19,987 bases of DNA, taken from NCBI GenBank assembly GCA_046758365.1, contig JBHIAC010000047.1:1-19987 (forward strand), written 5' to 3'. This DNA comes from a bacterium (GTDB lineage Bacteria; Zhuqueibacterota; Zhuqueibacteria; Oceanimicrobiales; Oceanimicrobiaceae). The position numbers and the translations under genes were made by a program. Shown here piece by piece: positions 9,110 through 16,498 of this stretch. The notes beneath the pieces were generated by a model. The model was not told where the DNA came from, ran no database searches, and worked only from the letters and a program-made list of their open reading frames with translations. The stretch's first letter is position 1. The number at the start of each line of letters is the position of its first letter.

Positions 9110-11716
9110 CTATTTCGTGTAAGTCACTTTAAGCGCGACCTGATTGGAAATCACCGTAGCTTGGACAGGATAAATACAGGCAACAATAGCTAAGCCATTA
9201 GAGAGTGATGTTCCTTTTAATTCAGACGTAGATTTACCCGGTGCTAAATCAATAACAGCCTTTGGCTTGTCGCAATCATCGGTAGTGTAGCCTGACTTAA
9301 TAATCCTCACGCCCCATTGGTTCCCCATTGCTGTGTTTACATTCTTGATAGTTTGAAGAATCCCTTTGTAGACTGGTAATATTGATCCAGCATAGGGGAG
9401 CTTTCCACCTTTTAATGGTCCCTTTTGCTTTTGAAGGTAAACCGTTATCTCTTTTGTTGACGGCTTTGGTGGAGGCGGTGGCGCAGGTTTGGTTGGCTTT
9501 GCCTTTGGTGGAAGGAGATTAACCTTTGTCGGAGGTGCCGGCGACTTGATCTTCTTGTTTCCAACAATCGCATATGGGGTGAGTGTTAGGTTATACTGGC
9601 TTAGTATAGGCTTTTCTATCCATTTACTATGGTTTGAACCTTTAGGAACCGATACGCCTACGGATGGGTTCTTATCCCCCATGTGCTTGCGTCCTCCAAG
9701 AGCATATGGCTGCCAAGCAATGAAAAACCAGACATCACCTTTCCAATTTCCACCAGACCGATCTAACACGACATAGGCTGTCGTTTTGTCCGGACTGTAC
9801 ACGACCTCATCAACTTTCACGTAATAAGTTTCCTTCAGGTGAAACGGTTTGGGGGTTGTCTTGGTATTGTTTGCCTTGTCCTTTTCCTTGTAGACAAAGC
9901 CCGGGTCGTTCGGACCGGGAAAATCGGCCGTGATCTCTACTTGATAATCTCCGGCATACGCTAACTGAACCGGGTGTTTGAGATTGATTGAATCTCCCTT
10001 TTTCAATGGTAACTTGTTCTTGGGGACCGGAAGCAGAAATGGCTGGGTCTTGCCTTGCACCACTTTGCCAGGATAAACCCGCACTTTAAAAGGCTTAGTG
10101 GCCACACCGGGCCCGTTGTTCTTTACTATAAATGAGATAGCTACAGGCTTATGGACAACAGGCTGTTGAGGCGTCACGGTAATATTATCCCCTACTGCCA
10201 AATCCACATAGGAGGTAGTGAACTCCTTTGCTTTTATGTTATTATTTTCATTTGTCTCGGGAATAACATTGCCCACGTCCACAATCCCTGTAATAGTATC
10301 CTTATAAGTATATTTTCCTGTAATAATAGCGGAATACTGTTTAGTCTCAAAGGTCTTTGATTCACCTGCTTTCAGGATGTCCAGCCAAAAAGCTCCAATC
10401 TGCACACCATTGGCTTTTAAGGAAGTCATAAAAGGAACCGTGGCGTCCGTTTTTCCGCTGTTCTTAATTTTGATTTTCCAGGTAGTCTTCTGTCCAACAA
10501 GTAGTGTATCCTTATGAAAGATGTCTTCTACAATGAGGTCCGGGAGGTTTGCCGAGATCAGCCAAACTTCAGAGGCACTTAATTCATTGCTGTTTTTACT
10601 TTCATCGCTTTCATTGATTTCGTTTTTCGTATCCACTTTCCAGTGAAAGGTGTGTTTACCTCCCGAAAACTTTTTGGTATATTCGCAGATCTGGGTTTCG
10701 CCGGGCATCAGTGGGTTCTTTTGATGCTGCACATCCTCTTCTTCTAAAACTGGTAAATATGTCCAGGTTTTCACCAGTTTTCCGTCCACATAAAGCTCGG
10801 TATCGAAGCTATCCTCAACAGCCACTGGTCCAATGTTCTTCACCAGTACTGAAATTGTTGTAGGTTGATCCTTTGTAGGAGGGTAAGGAGAAATCCATTT
10901 CTCATGGCTCCATTTCATTTGGCTTTTGGGGACGCTCCACAGTTCAACGGTCAGATCAGGCATAAGCTTAGGAGAAAGAAATACCCATTTTTTTGTTTTT
11001 TGAATCAATTTCAAAAATTCCTTTGCGGAGAGCCCTTGGGCGTGAGCTTGCTCAAAAAACGCTTCTGCTTTCTCCAAATTCTGAGCTGATTTTTCGTACC
11101 TCTCAGGATGGATGACCTCTCTTAACTCTTCCTGCATGATTCTGGCCTCTTTGAGCGCTCCTTCTCGTAGAGAAATCAGGATTGTTTCCCGATAACCTGG
11201 TTCTATTTCTAGAGCTATGCGCTTAGCTACGCTTATATTCCCTGCCTCTGCTTGCAAGACCGCTCTCTGAAAGGCGCTCTCGGCCGTATCGAATGAATTT
11301 CTGGCGGATTCCTTTACAGCCAATTCCAGCGCCTCCGCTCGCAGAGCGATCAAATCCTCTAAAGCCGATTTAACCATACGGGCAGACTCAAAGGCCATCC
11401 TCAAATGAGTCTTGGCTTGGAACAGAGCCATCTGAATATCTTCAAGGCGCCCCCCTCGCTCGTGCCTTCTGAGGGCTTCCTGGTAAACTTCTTTGGCCCT
11501 GGCAAAATTCGTTGGTGAAAAGACCGGAATCTCCTCAGCCGCTGCCTGGTCAAAAAGTTCTTGGATTTCGCGAAAAAGTTCTGCTTTAACTTGTTCGGGC
11601 TCTTGAGCATAGCAGCGATGGACGAATTCTGAGTCACGAATAGGATTAAAAGCTACTAACCCAACTATGATCGTTGTAAACACTAAGAACTTAGTCAAAT
11701 AAAAATACTTTCTCAT
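9110..11716 (-). CDS. Gene A: secreted modular protein (868 aa) with leader, shared helical domain, 3 CARDB-like domains and two unrecognised beta-rich domains joined by a Pro/Lys linker
   Basis: Long ORF with GAGGAGG RBS; shared N-terminus; PDLTVE, PDLIVE and VDLAV CARDB starts; PPKAKPTKPAPPPPPKP linker at ~9461-9512. Confidence 0.85.
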   Translation of the reverse strand: MRKYFYLTKFLVFTTIIVGLVAFNPIRDSEFVHRCYAQEPEQVKAELFREIQELFDQAAAEEIPVFSPTNFARAKEVYQEALRRHERGGRLEDIQMALFQAKTHLRMAFESARMVKSALEDLIALRAEALELAVKESARNSFDTAESAFQRAVLQAEAGNISVAKRIALEIEPGYRETILISLREGALKEARIMQEELREVIHPERYEKSAQNLEKAEAFFEQAHAQGLSAKEFLKLIQKTKKWVFLSPKLMPDLTVELWSVPKSQMKWSHEKWISPYPPTKDQPTTISVLVKNIGPVAVEDSFDTELYVDGKLVKTWTYLPVLEEEDVQHQKNPLMPGETQICEYTKKFSGGKHTFHWKVDTKNEINESDESKNSNELSASEVWLISANLPDLIVEDIFHKDTLLVGQKTTWKIKIKNSGKTDATVPFMTSLKANGVQIGAFWLDILKAGESKTFETKQYSAIITGKYTYKDTITGIVDVGNVIPETNENNNIKAKEFTTSYVDLAVGDNITVTPQQPVVHKPVAISFIVKNNGPGVATKPFKVRVYPGKVVQGKTQPFLLPVPKNKLPLKKGDSINLKHPVQLAYAGDYQVEITADFPGPNDPGFVYKEKDKANNTKTTPKPFHLKETYYVKVDEVVYSPDKTTAYVVLDRSGGNWKGDVWFFIAWQPYALGGRKHMGDKNPSVGVSVPKGSNHSKWIEKPILSQYNLTLTPYAIVGNKKIKSPAPPTKVNLLPPKAKPTKPAPPPPPKPSTKEITVYLQKQKGPLKGGKLPYAGSILPVYKGILQTIKNVNTAMGNQWGVRIIKSGYTTDDCDKPKAVIDLAPGKSTSELKGTSLSNGLAIVACIYPVQATVISNQVALKVTYTK
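11439..11522. repeat. 84-bp exact repeat, copy in gene A (partner 2973-3056)
   Basis: Direct base comparison. Confidence 0.9.
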
Positions 11717-12123
11717 TTTAATCCCTCCTCAACAATAAATCAGTGCTTAATTGGTAAAGATTGCCAAGAATTCCAAAAATATTGAATTTTTGTAAATAAA
11801 AATAGTTTAATTTTTGCATAAAATCAAGAACAAAAAAAAGTTAGATAAAATTAAGAATAACTTTTCAATGCTCTGCACACGGTCCATTGGTTCTTTGATT
11901 TCACGATCCCTTACCAATTTTATATGGACTCACTTTAGCGGTTAAAATTATGCCCACCAGTATCCTGCCCTGAAAGCCCTGTTCAAATGCAACCATGGCC
12001 GGCCGCAAGGTGTAGTTGCAAGCAATTTTATGAATCTGTTCTGTTTTATCTTGATTTTTATAAGTAAAATTGAGAAATTAAGTTAACGAAAATAGGACGA
12101 TAGATAAAGAAAGGAGAGCCAAA

Positions 12124-12432
12124 ATGGCTACTGCAAAAACAAGGTTTAAACGTAAACTTTCCTCCGAAGAAGTGGGAGAAAATTATATTATGATTCAGAA
12201 AAAAGAGTTGGATTATTTCCCGAAAGTTGGCAAACCTTTTAAATTGAAAATCGGCCAAAAAGAATTTAAAACCTATGTCCAGGCCGTGGAATGCTGGTGC
12301 CAGGGTCCCAAGAAACCCCATAGCCATTACCGAATTGATGCTAAACCTTTTCGGCATTTAATTGAACTACACTGGGGAGCAAAAATTATTATTGAAAAAA
12401 TAGGGACGACCAAGTATCAGTTGCTAACTTAA
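12124..12432 (+). CDS. Small basic hypothetical protein (102 aa) with a CxC-x-GP-xx-PHxH motif
   Basis: AAGGAG RBS just upstream; clean ORF followed by a terminator; Lys-rich; CWCQGPKKPHSH. Confidence 0.75.
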   Translation: MATAKTRFKRKLSSEEVGENYIMIQKKELDYFPKVGKPFKLKIGQKEFKTYVQAVECWCQGPKKPHSHYRIDAKPFRHLIELHWGAKIIIEKIGTTKYQLLT

Positions 12433-12443
12433 CGAAATTTAAT

Positions 12444-12480
12444 AAAAAAGGCAGCGTTCCTCCGCTACGCTGCCCTTTTT
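12444..12480. terminator. Probable bidirectional intrinsic terminator between convergent genes
   Basis: AAAAAA-GGCAGCGT-(9 nt)-ACGCTGCC-C-TTTTT: perfect 8-bp stem (12450-12457/12467-12474) with A and T tracts on either side. Confidence 0.8.
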
Positions 12481-12530
12481 CATATTAAATCACCAGATTG
12501 TCCTCTGGGAAGGGTAATAGATTTTATTAA

Positions 12531-12956
12531 TCATCGAAACATGGCTTTTATGCTGCCCCAGGTCTGCCGCACACTTGAAATGGTCGGGGTAACCGAAATT
12601 TGTTTTGAATATGAAAATGAACCATCATTATCTAAAATTTTCAGTCGATAATAAAAAGTACGTTCGATTTGTTTAAAAACCGATTTATCTTCGAAGGAAT
12701 AATTTTTTTTATCTTTTTTCTCAATGGAGGTTTTAACAAAACCAATCGCCTTGAAATCTTTGTCATTTTTATTATCAAACCCCCTCTGCACTTCAAACCC
12801 CTTTAGATTGATTTCGTTTTGCGTGGTCCATTTTAAAGTTACTTTGTTATATCCAGGTTCACCATGAAAATCAATAATGATGGCTCCTGCTTTTAGAAAA
12901 TTTAAACCCAATAATAAAATAATACTGAAAAGTATGGTTGATTTAATATTTTTCAT
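12531..12956 (-). CDS. Small secreted protein (141 aa): signal peptide, single Ig/FN3-like domain, C-terminal TWGSIKAMFR motif
   Basis: Hydrophobic N-terminus ending LKA; VTLKWTTQNE.N.KGFEVQR...IGFV...YSFED...YYRLKILDNDGSFSYS matches the beta-sandwich common in FCB-group secreted proteins. Confidence 0.8.
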   Translation of the reverse strand: MKNIKSTILFSIILLLGLNFLKAGAIIIDFHGEPGYNKVTLKWTTQNEINLKGFEVQRGFDNKNDKDFKAIGFVKTSIEKKDKKNYSFEDKSVFKQIERTFYYRLKILDNDGSFSYSKQISVTPTISSVRQTWGSIKAMFR

Positions 12957-13153
12957 TTAATTATATCTCAAACAAGGCAGGATTAAATATCTCTCCTTCC
13001 CATTTCTGTACCACAATAAAATAACGTTTAAACTGAAAAAGTCAAGAGTTTTTTTCAACTTGTCTACTTTTATTTTGTTAACTACACTTCAAACAATTTT
13101 CTGTAACATTACTTGATATATTGTATGATTTAATCGAAATTATTTTTCTATAA

Positions 13154-13273
13154 TTAAAATTGAATTTAATAGTAAATTCTGGAATCTTGTTGACGAGTCT
13201 CCAAGATAATGTATCAACTACAGGTGAATACGAAATAATTCTTCAAGGAAACCTATTACTCCCGATAATATAA
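13154..13273 (+). pseudogene. Truncated or degenerate paralog of the downstream 67-aa gene (not in the ORF track)
   Basis: Open frame LKLNLIVNSGILLTSLQDNVSTTGEYEIILQGNLLLPII* aligns without gaps to DLLTNSSQCKAILESINQDTGEYRIVLQGTL, 13/31 identical. It is bounded upstream by TAA at 13151; no ATG or RBS. Confidence 0.55.
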
Positions 13274-13347
13274 ACCGAGTAAGTAACGCCTAATAATATG
13301 ATGTTTAATTCCTGTTTTTTTAAATCAAATTAGTTGGAGAGGTGAGT

Positions 13348-13551
13348 ATGGTAAAAATTAATATAAATGAATTGGATGAATTACTTACACCACAAATTGC
13401 ATCCGAGACTTTGAAAAAAAACATAATTGATCTGCTAACTAATTCTTCCCAATGTAAAGCGATATTAGAAAGTATTAATCAAGATACTGGAGAATACCGG
13501 ATAGTTCTGCAAGGAACTTTGGAAAATAATGGAGCCTTTGAAAACAATTAA
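13348..13551 (+). CDS. Small acidic hypothetical protein (~67 aa)
   Basis: GGAGAGG at 13336-13342 favours the ATG at 13348 over the GTG at 13342; the upstream paralogous fragment supports coding status. Confidence 0.65.
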   Translation: MVKININELDELLTPQIASETLKKNIIDLLTNSSQCKAILESINQDTGEYRIVLQGTLENNGAFENN

Positions 13552-13731
13552 TTAGCATTCCACTTCTATTGGAGTTCTTTATGAACAAATAAATTATGAC
13601 GATGAATTTATCATTAATTTTAATAAATCGGCGAAAATCTGTTTAATCCGTATCATCTGTGCTCTATTTGTTTTAAATAATTATGGTTAAAAAATATCTG
13701 AAAGCCATCGGGATTCGAAATGACAGTTTAC

Positions 13732-15150
13732 CTACTTGAAAGATAATTCTAAGCACTCTTGGCATTTTAAAGACCTACAATATAATTTGTGTAAATAAAT
13801 TAAACCTTGCTGCTGGCTTGCTGATTTAATGACCGACGACTTCTTTTTTTGCTTAGCAAACAACTGATAGATCATGGCTTTGGTGATGGAATTTTCAGAA
13901 AGTTTTGGATATTTAGTAAATAGTTCCCGAATTAAGTTGTTTATCATACCATCATTCGTTTCAGAACTGTGCAAGTATAAAGCTGGAAAAATTATATTTA
14001 TTATTATATCTCTTGCACGGTCTCTGCCAATAAGGGCGGAACGATTGTTCTGGCTTAAGTTTTGGTAAGCTTCTTCAAAGCGGAAATGGTTTGACCAGAA
14101 TCCTGTGGCTTTTATGATTAAAACTGCTTCAAGTTCTGTTATTAGTTTTTCATGTTTTGTTGAATTTCCATAAAAAATTTTAAGAAACCCCTCTAAGAAG
14201 CCGCTTCGATAAAATTTGAATAAAAGCTGGACCATTCCAGCAATTCGTCTGGTAGGAAAATTTTGCGGCCGCAGTCGAAAAAATTGCCACTCATGAGATT
14301 TCATTGGTTTAATTTCCAAACGATGAGAAATTTGATCCCAAAGGAACTCCAGTGGTGCAATATAATCTAAAGTTTCCGCATCTAAAATTTTGGGTGTTTT
14401 TTTGTTTTGGGAAGGTAATAACCCGGCAGCGCCAAAAAGCAAAGCAGCACATTTCTTCAAAGCCACTTCTTCTGGCACCCAATGCATCTCTTGACATAAT
14501 ATTTCGAAAGGGACTATCTGAGCCAATTTACGAAAAGGTATTTGATTTTTGGAATAGCCCAAAGCCTCTAAGATTTTCTTGTACATCATCTGATTCCAAG
14601 ACATTGTGGCCAAATCTTCACTTACCTGTGCAGCCTTCTCGCTTAATCGCCTCTCACCTGCCTCATGGATGGTGGCCCAAATTTTAACATCCGCCATACG
14701 GCTCAATGGACAATTTCCTACAACCAAAGAAGACGATTTTGACATTTGTTGGGGTTGTTTTGGTCTTTTCCATGAACTCGATTTGTATAAATCAATATCT
14801 ACATATATTTGCTGAACCTGAACGCCGTCTTCTCTTTCTATGGCTGGATCATTTTTTGTCTGATTAGAAATAAGATGCAAGATAACCTTATTGTAAGCAG
14901 GGTCTTTATGATGCCCATGAGCATACCACCCGGATGAGTCTAAATGTACTTCAACATCACCTTTCAAAAGTTTCCCATCGAGCTTAATGACTGCGTCTTT
15001 AAAATCAGGACCAGAATCTGTATTTTCCGCACCTGCAAAAATAACTTCTACCCTTTTACCCGAGGATGTAAGCAGTTCTTGGGTAAAAAGTCGCCTACTT
15101 TTCCAAAGTTTTTGTAAAAGGATTTCTTGATCATGGATTTTTAATTCCAT
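13732..15150 (-). CDS. DUF2851 family protein
   Basis: Motifs GPDF, GDVEVH, W..HGHHKDPAYNKVILH, LGYSKN, RLRPQNFPTRRIA and C-terminal QQQG.....YC....C..C. Confidence 0.88.
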   Translation of the reverse strand: MELKIHDQEILLQKLWKSRRLFTQELLTSSGKRVEVIFAGAENTDSGPDFKDAVIKLDGKLLKGDVEVHLDSSGWYAHGHHKDPAYNKVILHLISNQTKNDPAIEREDGVQVQQIYVDIDLYKSSSWKRPKQPQQMSKSSSLVVGNCPLSRMADVKIWATIHEAGERRLSEKAAQVSEDLATMSWNQMMYKKILEALGYSKNQIPFRKLAQIVPFEILCQEMHWVPEEVALKKCAALLFGAAGLLPSQNKKTPKILDAETLDYIAPLEFLWDQISHRLEIKPMKSHEWQFFRLRPQNFPTRRIAGMVQLLFKFYRSGFLEGFLKIFYGNSTKHEKLITELEAVLIIKATGFWSNHFRFEEAYQNLSQNNRSALIGRDRARDIIINIIFPALYLHSSETNDGMINNLIRELFTKYPKLSENSITKAMIYQLFAKQKKKSSVIKSASQQQGLIYLHKLYCRSLKCQECLELSFK

Positions 15151-15235
15151 TTATAAATCCTATAAAAAAAATTTTATTTTATGATTTAGTTATTTTTTAC
15201 ACTAATGATTTAAATGCTAAAACGGCCAGGTGCAA

Positions 15236-16483
15236 TCAATGAGTAGAGTTTGATCTGGAATCATCCGTCTGATTTAAATCTCTTATATTAGATTCTCTGA
15301 ATAATTTATGATTGAAAAAAATATTCCAGTAAGAACTTAAAACCGTTTCCTGCAACCATTCATCGTAAAAAGAACCCCATTCTCCAAAAATAATACCCGA
15401 GTCTTCAATAATATTTTTTCCGTTATTCAAATTTAGACTTAATCTTTGGAGCTTGTTTATGACTGTTGTTTTTTGTTTTCCATTTAAAATTCTTGGCTGG
15501 AATTCAACCTCTCGATTATCCACATTAATGGGAATACATTGGGCATAAAACAATCCATCGTCCCGTAAATACGTTTTTAATATAATGCTGTCAAGGGCGA
15601 GTTTACTGTAGGAACCAAAAATAAAATTTCCAAGACTATAAGCTATCAGCCGATTTTTATATAGCTCAATTCCCTGCAGTACATGGGGATGATGCCCAAG
15701 AACCAAATCAGCTCCACTGTCAATGGCTAAATGGGCAAAATAAATTTGATAATCTTTTGGAATCTCCAATTTCTCGGCGCTCCAGTGAAACGAGACCACG
15801 GTGAAATCTACTGAATCTTCCCAAGCTGTTAGAGATTTAGCCATTAAATCCGGAATTGGGTAGGCCGTACCGCTACTGTCTTCTGTGGCATAAAATTCTT
15901 GTGGGAAAGTCATGGAATAACCAAAAAAAGCGATTTTTTCCCCACTTATTTCAATTAACGCAGGCCGAAGTGCTTCTGCCAAATTCAAACCTGCACCACT
16001 ATATTTTACCCTCACATTATTTAGGGTTTGAAGAGTTGAGGTTAAACCTGTCTTCCCAAAATCCATGATGTGATTATTCGCTAAAGAAACTACAATGATA
16101 CCAGCTTCTTTTAATCCATGTGCATGTTCAGGGGGAACTTTAAAATTAAACTTTTTTTCAAACGGTTCGCCCTCAATGGTAAAAGGTGCTTCCAAATTAG
16201 CAATAGTTGCGTCACCACTTTTTAATATACTCGAAGTTAACTCATAGGGATAAAGAGAGCCTTTTTGATCTAATATTGGTGTTACCCAAGAACCCAACAT
16301 AACATCCCCCACAGCAACGATTGAAATCTCAGACCACATATCATAAGAAATCGCTTCGGAAGGTTTGTCATAATTGAAATTTTGGCCGTGTAGAGCGGAA
16401 ACGAATTTACCATCTATTAAAACATAAATAAAATACAATATGACAGTAAAAACAAACACTCGAAGAAATCTACATTTCCACAT
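15236..16483 (-). CDS. CapA / PGA_cap family metallophosphoesterase-fold protein with N-terminal membrane anchor
   Basis: VGDVMLG, NLEAP, LANNHIMDFG, SFHW, GHHPH and YSLGNF motifs; GGAGGG RBS; hydrophobic N-terminal segment. Confidence 0.9.
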   Translation of the reverse strand: MWKCRFLRVFVFTVILYFIYVLIDGKFVSALHGQNFNYDKPSEAISYDMWSEISIVAVGDVMLGSWVTPILDQKGSLYPYELTSSILKSGDATIANLEAPFTIEGEPFEKKFNFKVPPEHAHGLKEAGIIVVSLANNHIMDFGKTGLTSTLQTLNNVRVKYSGAGLNLAEALRPALIEISGEKIAFFGYSMTFPQEFYATEDSSGTAYPIPDLMAKSLTAWEDSVDFTVVSFHWSAEKLEIPKDYQIYFAHLAIDSGADLVLGHHPHVLQGIELYKNRLIAYSLGNFIFGSYSKLALDSIILKTYLRDDGLFYAQCIPINVDNREVEFQPRILNGKQKTTVINKLQRLSLNLNNGKNIIEDSGIIFGEWGSFYDEWLQETVLSSYWNIFFNHKLFRESNIRDLNQTDDSRSNSTH

Positions 16484-16498
16484 CCACCCTCCGAAAAA

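Noticed and set aside
9674..9688. KHMGD pentapeptide in gene A matching KHMGD in domain X of gene B
   Set aside because: Flanking sequences do not align and the codons differ; most likely coincidence.
11603..11620. Conserved Cys35 as a lipoprotein lipidation site
   Set aside because: It is preceded by polar or charged residues about 12 aa after the hydrophobic core and lacks an [LVI][ASTVI][GAS]C lipobox.
143..11637. Many short ORFs overlapping the four large genes (e.g. 719-1027, 1590-2048, 7886-8158, 8701-8952, 11401-11637)
   Set aside because: They are antisense or alternate-frame shadows of well-supported genes. The similarity between 8701-8952 and 11401-11637 just reflects DNA identity of genes A and B. 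None looks like an immunity gene.
95..11716. Diversity-generating retroelement or shufflon as the source of variation
   Set aside because: No reverse transcriptase, template/variable repeat pair, invertase or inverted cassettes in the window; repeats are direct and lie within full-length genes. A trans-acting enzyme elsewhere cannot be excluded.
12058..12357. 99-aa minus-strand ORF
   Set aside because: Antisense to the + strand gene 12124-12432, which has an RBS, a terminator and a plausible motif.
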